A DNA stretch of 64,000 bases from Candidatus Daviesbacteria bacterium (GTDB taxonomy: Bacteria; Patescibacteriota; Microgenomatia; Daviesbacterales; UBA10151). The notes below the pieces were generated by a model. It was not told the origin of the DNA, ran no database searches, and saw only the letters and a list, made by a program, of their open reading frames with translations. The stretch is taken from positions 99,637 to 163,636 of the forward strand of contig JACPKM010000004.1 of assembly GCA_016187025.1 (NCBI GenBank). The letters run 5' to 3'. Positions 9,574 through 20,540 of this stretch are shown in pieces (the stretch's first letter is position 1; every line of letters starts with the position of its first letter). The translations under genes and the position numbers were made by a program.

Positions 9574-10434
9574 ATGCCTGAAGTTATAGTTAACCAGAAA
9601 TATTTAGAAACTCATCCTTCTATAGAGAAAAGTCAGTTAGTAGATAAGCTTTTGTATGGTGTGTGGAGTCTGCCTGTATTTGGATCAAATCAATGGATGC
9701 CATGGATGGGGACAACGGGTCATAAAGCTATGCCTAGCTCAATATCAGTTAATGGTAAGGCTATTGATATTTTTGCAAAACCTTTTACAGAAGGGTCCAA
9801 TTTTATGGCGGGAAGAGAATTTACAAATGCAGGTAAGGTAAGATCGCGGAACATAAACACACCAGGCATGATAGCTATAGTTGATATTGATGATTATTAT
9901 TCGGTATTAGTGGGTGAATTATTGCATTATGTAGAGCCTTTTAGTGCTAGAGACATGAAATTTAGTCTGACAGACCCAAGAGTTTATAGCCCCTCTGATT
10001 TTCTACAAGACGTCCTGCAAGCTGTAGCAGATATTCACAACAAAGGTGTTGTTCATAACGACCTACATTTAGGTAATTTAGGCCACCAGTTTCGTAAAGA
10101 CCATCCTCCTAAAATCATTTTTTTTGATTTCGAGATAGCTGATATTTTAAGTGACCATGATCTCATGTTGAAAAATAGAGGGACGTTTCAGTCACCAGAT
10201 CAACAAGAAAAGTTGTTGAGATTTGAAGAAAAAGCTGTTGGGGATATCGGTGTATTTCTAGCTCATTTGATTATGGATGATTTTCCCATAAAAGACGATT
10301 TATTAAAAGTATCAGCGCAGTTGTATCTGCCTCACAGAAAACAATCCTATGGTTTGATGAGTGTTGAACAGTTGCATCAGATGTTAACAACGCGCTGTAT
10401 TAGCAGTTTGAAATCTATCAAAAGGAATACTTAA
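9574..10434 (+). CDS. Hypothetical protein with protein-kinase-like / phosphotransferase catalytic motifs
   Basis: VVHNDLHLGNL (HxDxxxxN catalytic loop) and IIFFDFE (DFG-like) resemble the APH / Kdo-kinase fold. Confidence 0.4.
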   Translation: MPEVIVNQKYLETHPSIEKSQLVDKLLYGVWSLPVFGSNQWMPWMGTTGHKAMPSSISVNGKAIDIFAKPFTEGSNFMAGREFTNAGKVRSRNINTPGMIAIVDIDDYYSVLVGELLHYVEPFSARDMKFSLTDPRVYSPSDFLQDVLQAVADIHNKGVVHNDLHLGNLGHQFRKDHPPKIIFFDFEIADILSDHDLMLKNRGTFQSPDQQEKLLRFEEKAVGDIGVFLAHLIMDDFPIKDDLLKVSAQLYLPHRKQSYGLMSVEQLHQMLTTRCISSLKSIKRNT

Positions 10435-10486
10435 TTTTACTACATACCCCTTGTTTTAACTGGTAGTTTTCGTATACTTTATTCTT

Positions 10487-11872
10487 ATGCTCAAGCTTTA
10501 TAATACCTTAACCAAGAAAATTGAAGAGTTTACCCCATTAAATCCACCAAAGGTTGGAATGTATACCTGTGGACAAACAGTTTATGACTATACCCATGTT
10601 GGTCATTTAAGAACTTATATTGGTGAGGATATTTTAAGAAGGGTGTTGGTTTCAAATGGATATGATGTAAAGCATGTACAAAATGTCACTGATGTTGGAC
10701 ATTTAACCTCTGATGCTGATGAGGGAGATGATAAATTAGATAAAAGAGCCAAAGAACGAGGGCAGACGGTTTGGGAAGTAGCCAGATTTTTTGAAAAATA
10801 TCATTTTGACTCTTTAGAGCAAGTTAATGTTTTAAAACCTAGTGTAATTTGTCGTGCTACAGAACATATTAATGAGCAGATTAAACTTATAGAACAGCTT
10901 TTTAAAAAAGGTTACACCTATCAAAGCGAGCAAGCTATCTATTTTGACACTAGTAAACTAGCTGATTATGGAAAGTTAACAGGACAAAAGTTAGAAGAAA
11001 AAAAGGTAGGGGTGAGAGATGAAGTAGTGGTAGATCCAGACAAAAAACATCCAGCAGATTTTGCTTTATGGTTTTTTACTGTAGGCCATTTTAAAGATCA
11101 TACCATGAGATGGTCTTCTCCCTGGGGTGAGGGTTTTCCTGGTTGGCATATTGAGTGTTCTGCTATGTCTATGGAATATTTAGGAAATACTTTGGATATC
11201 CATGCTGGAGGAATAGATCATATTCCAGTTCATCACACTAATGAAATTGCTCAATCAGAGGCTGCTACTGGTCAGCAGTTTTCAAGATACTGGGTGCACT
11301 TTGGCTGGCTTTTAATTGATGGAGAAAAGATGAGCAAATCAAAGAAAAATTTTTATACAATAGATGAAATTTCGGACAAAGGATTTGACCCACTGGCTTT
11401 AAGATATTTATTTATGACCGCACACTATCGGGATATGCAAAACTTTACCTGGGAATCTTTGGAGGCTGCGCAGAACGCTTTAAACAAAATTCGTGAGGAG
11501 ATTAGAGCATGGGAAAGCCCTAAAATAGGTTGTGCTGAGTTTCAGCAGAGGTTTTTGGAGGCTGCTAATAATGATTTAAATATGCCACAAGCAGTTGCGG
11601 TGCTACATGAGTTAATCCGCTCCGATTATCCAACATCTAGTAAAGCCAGATCAATTTTAGAAATGGATAAAATCTTGGGCCTTAAACTTGATGAGTATTT
11701 AGGCAAGCCTTTAGAAATTCCGGAAGAAGTTAGAAAACTTGTAGAACAAAGAAAAAAAGCGCGTCTAGATAAAGACTTTAAGAAATCCGATGAGTTGCGA
11801 AAAGAGATTAAGGCTCTAGGGTTTGAAGTGGAAGATACCCCAGATGGTCCAAAAGTAAAGACTCTCAACTAA
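10487..11872 (+). CDS. cysS: Cysteine--tRNA ligase
   Basis: HIGH motif (HVGHLR), KMSKS motif and CysRS-specific Zn-binding cysteines. Confidence 0.92.
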   Translation: MLKLYNTLTKKIEEFTPLNPPKVGMYTCGQTVYDYTHVGHLRTYIGEDILRRVLVSNGYDVKHVQNVTDVGHLTSDADEGDDKLDKRAKERGQTVWEVARFFEKYHFDSLEQVNVLKPSVICRATEHINEQIKLIEQLFKKGYTYQSEQAIYFDTSKLADYGKLTGQKLEEKKVGVRDEVVVDPDKKHPADFALWFFTVGHFKDHTMRWSSPWGEGFPGWHIECSAMSMEYLGNTLDIHAGGIDHIPVHHTNEIAQSEAATGQQFSRYWVHFGWLLIDGEKMSKSKKNFYTIDEISDKGFDPLALRYLFMTAHYRDMQNFTWESLEAAQNALNKIREEIRAWESPKIGCAEFQQRFLEAANNDLNMPQAVAVLHELIRSDYPTSSKARSILEMDKILGLKLDEYLGKPLEIPEEVRKLVEQRKKARLDKDFKKSDELRKEIKALGFEVEDTPDGPKVKTLN

Positions 11873-11904
11873 ATCTTTTAAGCGTATTGATCTTCGTATA
11901 AAAT

Positions 11905-13062
11905 TTGGGTATAGTAGTGTGGATGGTACCTCTTGCAGACAGATTAAGACCACAAAGATTAGAAGATATTGTCGGGCAAAAACATATACTTGCTCCGGAT
12001 AAATTATTATATAAAACTATCAAGTCAGGAAGTCTTTTTTCAATGATACTCTGGGGTCCTCCGGGAACCGGAAAAACAACTTTGGCAAGAGCAATTGCTC
12101 ATCAGGCAGGATTGGAATTTTTGGAGTATTCCGCAGTCACAACAGGTATTGTAGAGCTTAAAAAAGTTTTTGAAAGAGCCCGGGGACAACTGCAGCCTCC
12201 CTTGGTATTTATTGATGAGATACATAGGTTTAATAAAGCCCAACAAGATGCACTGCTTCCATACGTAGAAAACGGAACAATTATTTTTATAGGTGCAACT
12301 ACAGAAAATCCCAGTTTTGAAATAATCGGTCCGTTGCTTTCCCGAACCAGGGTTTTGGTTTTAAATCCTTTATCAGAGGATGATTTATCAGAACTTATAA
12401 AGCGTGGTCTAAAGGAGTTAAAAGTTAAAATTGATCAAAAGGCCAAGCAACTATTGATGGAGCTATCAAGCGGAGATGCTAGGGTTGCTCTTAATACTTT
12501 AGAAATAGCAGCAGGATTAAATACGTACATAAGTATTAAAGAGATTGAGGAGGCTTTTCAGAAAAAGGCTTTGATGTATGATAAGGCAGCAGATGAGCAT
12601 TACAACACTATTTCAGCATTTATTAAATCCATGAGAGCATCAAATGTTGATGGGGCGCTATATTATTTAGCTCGGATGGTATCTGCAGGTGAGGATCCGT
12701 TGTTTATTGCGAGGCGTATGGTGATATTTGCCTCGGAGGATATTGGTATGGCCCAACCTACTGCTTTGGTTGTAGCAAATGAGGTTTTTAAAGCTTGTGA
12801 GACAATAGGTTATCCTGAATGCCAGATTAATCTTGCCCATGGGGTTGTCTATTTATCCTTGGCCAAAAAGGATAGAGGAGCCTATGAAGCCTACTTTAAG
12901 GCGCTTGAGGATGTGCAAAAGCATGGTAGCCTACCCATACCACTAAATTTGAGAAATGCTCCAACAAGTCTTATGAGGAATCTAGGATATGGCAAAGGAT
13001 ATGAAAAATACACAAAAAAGGATTTGCTCCCTGATAAACTTAAAGGGAAAAAGTATTATTAA
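11905..13062 (+). CDS. rarA: Replication-associated recombination protein A (AAA+ ATPase RarA/MgsA)
   Basis: LWGPPGTGKTTLA Walker A and the MgsA C-terminal domains. Confidence 0.85.
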   Translation: MGIVVWMVPLADRLRPQRLEDIVGQKHILAPDKLLYKTIKSGSLFSMILWGPPGTGKTTLARAIAHQAGLEFLEYSAVTTGIVELKKVFERARGQLQPPLVFIDEIHRFNKAQQDALLPYVENGTIIFIGATTENPSFEIIGPLLSRTRVLVLNPLSEDDLSELIKRGLKELKVKIDQKAKQLLMELSSGDARVALNTLEIAAGLNTYISIKEIEEAFQKKALMYDKAADEHYNTISAFIKSMRASNVDGALYYLARMVSAGEDPLFIARRMVIFASEDIGMAQPTALVVANEVFKACETIGYPECQINLAHGVVYLSLAKKDRGAYEAYFKALEDVQKHGSLPIPLNLRNAPTSLMRNLGYGKGYEKYTKKDLLPDKLKGKKYY

Positions 13063-13126
13063 AATTTTTTTTAATTTGTCTTCAGGAATGGTTTTAAATG
13101 ATAAATTGTGATAAACTCTATTACCA

Positions 13127-13798
13127 GTGAGCACCGATATAATAACTATCGATGGTCCAACATCATCCGGCAAAAACTCAGTCGGATTTTTATTGGCCCA
13201 AAAACTCAACTTTCAATATGTAGATACCGGTATGATTTACCGTGCCGGATGTGTAGCAATTCTTAAAAACAACATCCCTCTATCAGATAAGGATAAAGTC
13301 CTTGAAATTTACAAAAGCCTCAATATTGAATTTAAAAGCGAAGACTCCGAAAGGAGGCTTTTTTTAGATGGAGAAGATGTCACAGATATTTTACACTCCG
13401 CCCAGGTTACTAAAATCGTTCCCATTGTAGCAGCCATTCCTGAGGTAAGGGAGGTTATGAAAGGTCTGCAAAGAAAGATTGGTTTAAAAGAAAATATGGT
13501 GATGTCAGGTAGAGATATTGGCTCAGAAATTTTTCCAGATGCAAAGTATAAATTCTTTTTAACAGCAGACCCTGAGGTGAGAGCAAAAAGGAGATTTGAG
13601 CAACTGGCCAAAAAAGATCCAGGTGTCAAATTTGAAGATGTTCTAAAGGATATGTTGGACAGGGATGAGAAAGACACCAACCGGAAAGTTTCTCCCCTGC
13701 GGGTTCCTAAAGGCGCAAAGCTAATAGACACCACTAATTTATCAGTTGAAGAAAGCGTCGATAAGATGCTTTCTTACATGACTCAATCCTTTAAGTAA
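13127..13798 (+). CDS. cmk: Cytidylate kinase
   Basis: IDGPTSSGKNSVG P-loop and Cmk-like lid; GTG start. Confidence 0.85.
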   Translation: MSTDIITIDGPTSSGKNSVGFLLAQKLNFQYVDTGMIYRAGCVAILKNNIPLSDKDKVLEIYKSLNIEFKSEDSERRLFLDGEDVTDILHSAQVTKIVPIVAAIPEVREVMKGLQRKIGLKENMVMSGRDIGSEIFPDAKYKFFLTADPEVRAKRRFEQLAKKDPGVKFEDVLKDMLDRDEKDTNRKVSPLRVPKGAKLIDTTNLSVEESVDKMLSYMTQSFK

Positions 13799-13885
13799 AA
13801 AGGAAATAGTAATTCCTGCTGCTTAAAGAGATTGTGTGATAAACTATTGTTTTCTCTCTGGTAACTTTGTTAGACTATTCAGGTT

Positions 13886-15148
13886 ATGCACCAGATAAAA
13901 CAGCTAAAAAATGGTTTAAATCTCATTACAGTTGATCTTCCTGAGTTAAAATCTGTTACCACGTTACTTGCTGTAGGAGCAGGCTCAAGATACGAAACAA
14001 AAAATATCAATGGTATTTCTCATTTTCTGGAACATATGTTTTTTAAAGGTTCCAGAAAATACCCCACTGCTGAGCAAATAGCTACATTGATTGATGGAAT
14101 TGGGGCTGCTAATAATGCAGCAACAGACAAGGAGGTAACCTATTACTGGATTAAATCAGCAGCCAAACATTTAGAACTGTCAACCGATGTTTTATCCTCA
14201 ATGGTCAAAGAATCACTTCTTGCAGAAGATGAGATTGAAAAAGAAAAAGGAGTTATTATTGAGGAGTTGAGAATGAGAAGGGATAACCCAGCAATTCTAG
14301 TATGGGAACAGTATGAACAGCTTCAGTTTGGAGATCAACCTTTGGGATGGGATATTGGTGGGGATGAAAAAACTATCCTTTCTATGAAAAGGACAGATTT
14401 CACTAAATATATAGACTCCCTTTATTCACCTAAGAATATGGTTTTAGTCTATGTTGGTAAACTGCCTAAGGATATTGAAAGTTTGGCTGAACAGTATTTT
14501 TCAGGTTTACCCAGCTTATCTCAGTTTAAACTGACTCCTTTTAAAAAATTAAAACAAACAAAACCAAAAGTAGGGGTTTATTTCAAAGATACAGATCAAG
14601 TCAATTTAATCTTTGGTGTTGAAGGATACGACCGGGATGATGATCGAAGATACGCAGCAAAGATTCTATCAGCAATTTTAGGAGAAGGAATGTCTTCAAG
14701 GCTGTTTATTCAAGTAAGAGAAAAACGGGGGCTTGCCTATAGAATTAGCGCTGGTCATGAACCATATATTGATACTGGAGCATTTGTTGTTTTTGCTGGA
14801 TTAAAACTGGAAAAAGTTGATGAAGGGTTAGAGGTAATCAAAGCAGAGTTGGAAAGAGTGGCAGCAGAAAATGTCCTTGAGGAAGAGTTAAAAAAAGCAA
14901 AAGAGATGATAAGGGGTAGGCTTGCACTGAGTATGGAATCAACAAACTTTTTAGCCGAGTTTTTCGGAACAAACTTTGTATTAGATAGAAAAGTAAAAAC
15001 ATTTGAGGAAATTCTCAAAAAACTTGACGCGGTAACCATTCAAGATGTCAGAAAAGTAGCAGAGGAGTTGTTTAAAAAGGAAAAGTACAACTTACAAATA
15101 GTTGGCCCCTTTAAATCTCCTGACAAATTTGCAAAAATATTAGAATGA
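13886..15148 (+). CDS. M16 family zinc peptidase (insulinase-like)
   Basis: The inverted zinc motif HFLEHMFFKGS (HxxEH). Confidence 0.8.
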   Translation: MHQIKQLKNGLNLITVDLPELKSVTTLLAVGAGSRYETKNINGISHFLEHMFFKGSRKYPTAEQIATLIDGIGAANNAATDKEVTYYWIKSAAKHLELSTDVLSSMVKESLLAEDEIEKEKGVIIEELRMRRDNPAILVWEQYEQLQFGDQPLGWDIGGDEKTILSMKRTDFTKYIDSLYSPKNMVLVYVGKLPKDIESLAEQYFSGLPSLSQFKLTPFKKLKQTKPKVGVYFKDTDQVNLIFGVEGYDRDDDRRYAAKILSAILGEGMSSRLFIQVREKRGLAYRISAGHEPYIDTGAFVVFAGLKLEKVDEGLEVIKAELERVAAENVLEEELKKAKEMIRGRLALSMESTNFLAEFFGTNFVLDRKVKTFEEILKKLDAVTIQDVRKVAEELFKKEKYNLQIVGPFKSPDKFAKILE

Positions 15149-16428
15149 ATACTTTTGATAGTGCTTTATCTCAGTTAAAAAAAGCCTCTGAGTATGCAGA
15201 TGTTGATCCATCAGTTATAAAATTACTCTCTGTTCCAAGAAGGCAAATTGAGGTTAGTTTGCCGCTAAAAAGAAATGATGGAAGTTTAGAAATATTTAAA
15301 GGTTTTAGAGTTCAGTATAATAATTGGCTAGGTCCTTTTAAGGGGGGGTTAAGGTATCATCCAAAAGTTGATATTGATGAGGTAAAAGCCCTATCATTTT
15401 GGATGGTTATCAAAAACGCCGTTGTTAATGTTCCTTTTGGTGGAGGTAAAGGCGGAATTGAAGTTGATCCAAAAAGACTCTCAAAAAAAGAATTAGAGGA
15501 GTTAACCAGGATTTTTACCCAAAGACTTTTTCCTAATATTGGGCCTTTAGGAGATGTTCCTGCTCCAGATGTGAACACTAACCCTCAAATTATGGGGTGG
15601 ATAGTAGAAGAGTATTCAAAAATTTTTAAAGAGCTTGATATGGACCCAAAAACTGAAGGAAACCCTACTGCAGTGGTTACAGGTAAACCTCTTGATAAGG
15701 ATGGGTCTGAGGGACGAGAAGAGGCAACGGGTTTAGGTGGTTTTTATATTTTTGAACAGTTGGTAAAAAAGCTTAATTTATCAAGGAAATCAACTATTGC
15801 CATTCAAGGTTTTGGGAATGTGGGTTCGCACCTTGCTAGGCTTTTATATGAGAATGATTACAAGGTTGTTGCTTTATCAGATTCCAAAGGTGGTATTTTT
15901 GATACAAAAGGCGAAGGTTTTAATATCAACTTAGTAAGAGAATGTAAGCTGGAAAAGGGCTTGGTTTCCGATTGTTACTGTATAGGATCTGTCTGCGATA
16001 TAGCAGAAGATAATGAGCGTATTTCAAATGAGCAGCTACTGGAATTACCTGTGGATATATTAATTCCAGCTGCTCTTGAGGGAGTAATTACTGCTGAAAA
16101 CGCAGATAAGATCAAAGCCAAGGTAGTGTTTGAGATGGCGAATGGTCCAACTACTTTTGAAGCAGATGAAGTATTGGACAAAAAGGGGATTACAGTTGTT
16201 CCAGATGTGCTGGCAAATTCAGGTGGGGTAACAGTTTCGTATTTTGAATGGTTCCAAAACATGCACAATGAAGCTTGGCAGATAGAAAAGGTAAGAGAAG
16301 AGCTTAAGAAATTAATGGTTGATGCATTTGATAATGTTTGGCAAATTTCCCAAGATAAAAAGATTAATATGCGTACCTCAGCCTATGTTTTAGCACTTCA
16401 AAGATTAGCTGCAAAATCTTTTCTCTAA
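15145..16428 (+). CDS. gdhA: Glutamate dehydrogenase (Glu/Leu/Phe/Val dehydrogenase family)
   Basis: FKGGLRYHP and GGGKGG motifs plus a Rossmann GFGNVG. There is a 4-bp ATGA overlap with the upstream gene. Confidence 0.85.
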   Translation: MNTFDSALSQLKKASEYADVDPSVIKLLSVPRRQIEVSLPLKRNDGSLEIFKGFRVQYNNWLGPFKGGLRYHPKVDIDEVKALSFWMVIKNAVVNVPFGGGKGGIEVDPKRLSKKELEELTRIFTQRLFPNIGPLGDVPAPDVNTNPQIMGWIVEEYSKIFKELDMDPKTEGNPTAVVTGKPLDKDGSEGREEATGLGGFYIFEQLVKKLNLSRKSTIAIQGFGNVGSHLARLLYENDYKVVALSDSKGGIFDTKGEGFNINLVRECKLEKGLVSDCYCIGSVCDIAEDNERISNEQLLELPVDILIPAALEGVITAENADKIKAKVVFEMANGPTTFEADEVLDKKGITVVPDVLANSGGVTVSYFEWFQNMHNEAWQIEKVREELKKLMVDAFDNVWQISQDKKINMRTSAYVLALQRLAAKSFL

Positions 16429-17130
16429 ATGTCGGATTTGAAAATCAATAAAAAATTTATAACAGAACAAACTAGTGTTTCAAAGTTTTCTTTTTTCCAC
16501 CGTTTTTTTACATTCAAAAATACTTTAATAGCGTTAATAACTGGTTTTTTTATTTTAACAATCTTTGCTAAGATTCACCCTTACTTTTACTTTGATTTAT
16601 ATATCACCATAAATATTCAAAAAATTAACTTCCCTTTATGGGGAGAGCTAATGTATCTAATAACTTTAGTTGGAAATCTTCCTTGGGTAATAGTTATAGT
16701 ATCAACTATCCTAATGATTTCGATAATATTAAAAAAGATAAAGGATAGTCTAATGATATTAATCTCGACAACAGGAGCAATAGCGATTAGCCATTTTTTT
16801 AAGTTTTTAATTAATAGGCCAAGGCCAGATAATCATTTGATAAATCAGTTTGATAAATTTGCCTATTCTGATAGTTTTCCCTCAGGGCATGTTTTATTCT
16901 ATATTGGCTTTTTTGGCTTTTTATTTTTCCTCACCTTTGCAAACTTGAAAAAAACCTGGCTCCGCCAGTTTCTACTGGTAATTTTGGGATTAATGATAAT
17001 TCTTATCGGTTTTTCCAGGATTTACCGGGGGGCACACTGGTTCTCGGATGTTTTGGGAGCTTATTTAATTGGTTTGGTCTGGCTTTTGGTAATGATTTAT
17101 ATCTACCCTAGGATAATAACTAAAAACTAA
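16429..17130 (+). CDS. PAP2 family phosphatase (integral membrane)
   Basis: KxxxxxxRP, PSGH and SRxxxxxHxxxD motifs (KFLINRPRP / PSGH / SRIYRGAHWFSD). Confidence 0.8.
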   Translation: MSDLKINKKFITEQTSVSKFSFFHRFFTFKNTLIALITGFFILTIFAKIHPYFYFDLYITINIQKINFPLWGELMYLITLVGNLPWVIVIVSTILMISIILKKIKDSLMILISTTGAIAISHFFKFLINRPRPDNHLINQFDKFAYSDSFPSGHVLFYIGFFGFLFFLTFANLKKTWLRQFLLVILGLMIILIGFSRIYRGAHWFSDVLGAYLIGLVWLLVMIYIYPRIITKN

Positions 17131-17476
17131 GATAGGGTAGAAATATTATCGTTCCGGCGATAGCAGCTGTAAGAGAAACTATTAAAACAGCACCTGCAGC
17201 TATATCTTTGGCAAGTTTTGCCCCAGGGTGCTCTTGAGAGGTTAAAGAATCAACAACAGTCTCAATAGCAGTATTTGTCAGTTCAAGTGCAATCACAAGA
17301 CCAATTAATATTATTAATAGAACCCAGTCGGTTAAAGATACCTTTAGTAAGGTTGCCAAAATTATAACCAGTAAAGCAATCAAACAATGAGTTTTTAAGT
17401 TCGGCTCTTCTTTTAAAGCTGCCCATATTCCTTCAAAAGCATATTTAAAAGATAAAACTTGACTATGATGACCCAT
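17120..17476 (-). CDS. dgkA: Diacylglycerol/undecaprenol kinase DgkA
   Basis: A 118-aa three-TM protein with the DgkA signature E..N.A.E. Confidence 0.8.
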   Translation of the reverse strand: MGHHSQVLSFKYAFEGIWAALKEEPNLKTHCLIALLVIILATLLKVSLTDWVLLIILIGLVIALELTNTAIETVVDSLTSQEHPGAKLAKDIAAGAVLIVSLTAAIAGTIIFLPYLSF

Positions 17477-17485
17477 ATATCAATT

Positions 17486-18289
17486 TTAAGATAATGATTT
17501 TAAATAAGCCAGGCCTCCGTAAAGACCGGCTTTTTCTTCCAGCTCAGCACGTTTTATTTCTGGTTTTTGGACAAAGACTTCTAAAATTTTATCTAAATAA
17601 GATCTAACTTTCTCAATATCAATACTTTTCATAACTGATCCTCCTAAAACAACTACCTCAGGAGACCAATGAACAATTGTATTGTTTAGTCCAATTGCCA
17701 GCAGTCTTGCTACTTCATCCCAAACCTTTGGATCAGTTATTTGTTCCGGTTTAATATTATTTCTTTTGTATAGAGCTTTGCCAGAAATGTAATCCTGAAG
17801 AATTGTTTCGTCTAAGCTTATGATTTGGTGTCCTGGCTCAAAACCAAGAGTATTTTGATCGATTTTACCATTAACTATACGAGATCCTCCGACTCCTGTG
17901 CTAATGGTTAGATAAGTTACAATTTTAAAACCTTTCCCTGCGCCATAAGTAGCTTCGCCTAAACCTCCAAGACCTGCATCGTTTTCTAAAAAGACTGTGG
18001 TATTAAAAACTTGCTCAAGATGTTTTTTTATGGGTTTCTGTGCCCAATCTGCTAAGTTACCTGATTTGACCATCATGGTATGTTGTGAGTCTAAAGGTCC
18101 TGCAATTCCTCCTGCAATGCTTTCGATCTTTTCTCCATTTGTTATCCTTTGGGCGGCTTGAATTAAGAGAGAAATTCCTTCTTCAAAGATTTGTGGGGTG
18201 GGTAATATTTCCAGGTTTAATAAGTTCTGGTCATCTCTTGAACTAGCCAGTCTCATACTGCTTCCACCAATATCAAATAGAAAATGCAT
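17486..18289 (-). CDS. ROK family sugar kinase (glucokinase-like)
   Basis: N-terminal DIGGS and ENDAGLGGLGE, the ROK signature. Confidence 0.75.
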   Translation of the reverse strand: MHFLFDIGGSSMRLASSRDDQNLLNLEILPTPQIFEEGISLLIQAAQRITNGEKIESIAGGIAGPLDSQHTMMVKSGNLADWAQKPIKKHLEQVFNTTVFLENDAGLGGLGEATYGAGKGFKIVTYLTISTGVGGSRIVNGKIDQNTLGFEPGHQIISLDETILQDYISGKALYKRNNIKPEQITDPKVWDEVARLLAIGLNNTIVHWSPEVVVLGGSVMKSIDIEKVRSYLDKILEVFVQKPEIKRAELEEKAGLYGGLAYLKSLS

Positions 18290-18431
18290 CCTATTTAGTT
18301 TAACAATAGCATTTACTCTTTACAAGACAACATCACCAAACACTTTTATCAAATCATTACCTATTTGTTACAAAATACTTAACCTTATCTACTATCTTGA
18401 AAAGGTTTAAACTTTAATGTTTACTTAAATT

Positions 18432-18683
18432 ATGAGTAATAATCACGACAAAACGCTTCATCTTGATAATGTGAACGATGAGGAGCTACAAAAGAGCTCC
18501 CCTGAGTTGGTTGATGAACAATCAGTTGGTGGACATGATACCAATCCGGAAGGAGTGGAAGGGGAATCCACCGTAGAGAGGGCACATGAGATGGGATTAG
18601 AAGGAGAAACAACTGATGAGGATGAGGGTTGGATGGGAGCTACTGGAAGTGATTTAGTAGGTAATCCCGATGATGAAGAGTAA
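18432..18683 (+). CDS. Small acidic (D/E-rich) hypothetical protein
   Basis: ORF only; an alternative antisense ORF exists. Confidence 0.25.
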   Translation: MSNNHDKTLHLDNVNDEELQKSSPELVDEQSVGGHDTNPEGVEGESTVERAHEMGLEGETTDEDEGWMGATGSDLVGNPDDEE

Positions 18684-18684
18684 G

Positions 18685-19794
18685 CTAAGAGCTTAAAAAC
18701 TTAGGTAAAAGTAGAGGATATTCATTTACAAGATCATGTTTAAGTAGTAGGTTAAACAAGTGTGGGTCTTTGGATTTATAAAATAACCTTATATCATTTC
18801 CGGAACTTAAAAATTCCTTAATTTTATTGTAACCCAGAATATATGCAGCATCTTTGGGAAACCCTCCAGGTTTAGTAGTATCTTTTAAGCCTCTTTTGAT
18901 TCTAAAAGTGACAATATATGCTTGCTTGCTAGATAAATCTTTGATTAATTCCTGATAAATTTCTCTAAAACTTTTATTAATTAAACCTGTGGCTTTGAGC
19001 CGGAAATAATAGTTATCGTAGGCTTGTTTAGTAATGGTTTTTGTTGATATTTCATTATAAACGGCAAGCCCTTCTGATAATAATTCGCCTTGTGCATATT
19101 TGTATAACTTGAGTAGTGGGTTATTAGACCTTTTAATATTTACAAACTGTAGGGCATGGCTTTCTACCTCGTGAACAATTAATCTTTTTAGATTACTACT
19201 GGATCTTTTTACTCCTTTTCCAACGACAACTTTTTTAGATCCAACCCTTATAGTAAATGGATTAAACCCGTCCACCTCCACCGGAAAATTAACAAGTCCG
19301 TAATCTTTATGAAGAATTTTTTGAAATGTATTTTTAATCTCGTCTGCCCCGTATAATCCGGCATCTTCCTTGTCTTCAATGTGTATGGAAGGTAGAATAT
19401 CCTCAAAGTTTTTTATACTTGATAAATCCCAAGAAAATAATTTTAATGCATACTTTGGAAAATTATCCGTCCCAATGGAGTTTATTGTAGCGTTTAATTC
19501 TTCCAGATCCTTTAAAAAAAGTAGTAGATATTCTTTTATCTCATCAGGTATTTTTAGTCTGTGGGTTTCAAGCACTAACTTTATAATTTCTTGGTTTTGG
19601 TCAGGAAATTTACTTGTGTGGTAGAAAAAAGTTGGATTATAGTACCTGGAGTTAAAAAATTTTTCTTTTTCCTCCTCATAATTTAAAGGAGTTAAGGTTC
19701 TGGTTCCCATTTTTAACTTGCTTTTTATTGTTGATGCTTTTGTAGTAAAAACTTTTAAATTGCTTATCATTATTTTTCTGTTTATCAGATACAC
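18685..19794 (-). CDS. DUF1704 / MATCAP-like putative metallocarboxypeptidase (atypical HExxxH, QEGLA-like motif)
   Basis: HEVESH matches the atypical HExxxH zinc motif. The SEGLAVYNE motif and ~370-aa length fit the DUF1704 (QEGLA-motif) family. Confidence 0.55.
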   Translation of the reverse strand: MYLINRKIMISNLKVFTTKASTIKSKLKMGTRTLTPLNYEEEKEKFFNSRYYNPTFFYHTSKFPDQNQEIIKLVLETHRLKIPDEIKEYLLLFLKDLEELNATINSIGTDNFPKYALKLFSWDLSSIKNFEDILPSIHIEDKEDAGLYGADEIKNTFQKILHKDYGLVNFPVEVDGFNPFTIRVGSKKVVVGKGVKRSSSNLKRLIVHEVESHALQFVNIKRSNNPLLKLYKYAQGELLSEGLAVYNEISTKTITKQAYDNYYFRLKATGLINKSFREIYQELIKDLSSKQAYIVTFRIKRGLKDTTKPGGFPKDAAYILGYNKIKEFLSSGNDIRLFYKSKDPHLFNLLLKHDLVNEYPLLLPKFLSS

Positions 19795-19817
19795 AATATA
19801 ACATAAAAAAATCCTAA

Positions 19818-20540
19818 TTAAATTTCTACTAGAATATAAGGTTTTTTTTTGTTTCTTCTTTCTTGTACAAAGATTGAAGCATTATAAACAGGTATACCTG
19901 TTAGTGTTTTACCTTCAGCAGAGCCAAAATGAGCATGTCCATGAAAAACCGCGTTAACTTTAAATCTGTTTATTGGCTCAACTAGTCTTGATGACCCTAG
20001 AAATGGGTGTATCTGGAGAGGTTCGCCAATTACCGTTTCGACAATTGGGGCATAGTGCAAAACAACTACTTTTTTTAGTGTGTGCAGCTGTGATAATTGA
20101 TTTTCTAAAACTAGTGATTCGCCGATTGCTTCCTGAACAAATTTTTTTAATGGTTCCTCTCCAAATGGACCTAGCATGTGGTCGTCAAATCCTCCGGCAA
20201 AACCCTTTGCGCCTGCAAAGCCAATATTTTTGATCTCAATGGGGTCTTTATCAAAGATCAACATTACTGGTGAAAGAATGTGTTTTATTTGATCTTGAAG
20301 ATTGTTTTCATAATCATGGTTTCCTAACACTCCAACTACTGGAATTGTACAAAAATGTAAATTTTTTGTCAGAGCCTCAGCTTGTTGAGTTAGTCCGTGA
20401 TCTGTTAAATCTCCACATAGTACTAAAATATCAGCACTTTTAGAGATATTTTCGAAAAGCTGGACGAATCTATCAGAATCTTCTTCTTTGGTATGAAGAT
20501 CTCCTATCGCTGCAATTTTTATTCTTGAATTTTTGGTCAT
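19818..20540 (-). CDS. Metallophosphoesterase (calcineurin-like)
   Basis: IAAIGDLHT, GNHDYEN and GHAHFG motifs. The start is at the second Met and overlaps the upstream stop by 4 bp (ATGA). Confidence 0.8.
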   Translation of the reverse strand: MTKNSRIKIAAIGDLHTKEEDSDRFVQLFENISKSADILVLCGDLTDHGLTQQAEALTKNLHFCTIPVVGVLGNHDYENNLQDQIKHILSPVMLIFDKDPIEIKNIGFAGAKGFAGGFDDHMLGPFGEEPLKKFVQEAIGESLVLENQLSQLHTLKKVVVLHYAPIVETVIGEPLQIHPFLGSSRLVEPINRFKVNAVFHGHAHFGSAEGKTLTGIPVYNASIFVQERRNKKKPYILVEI

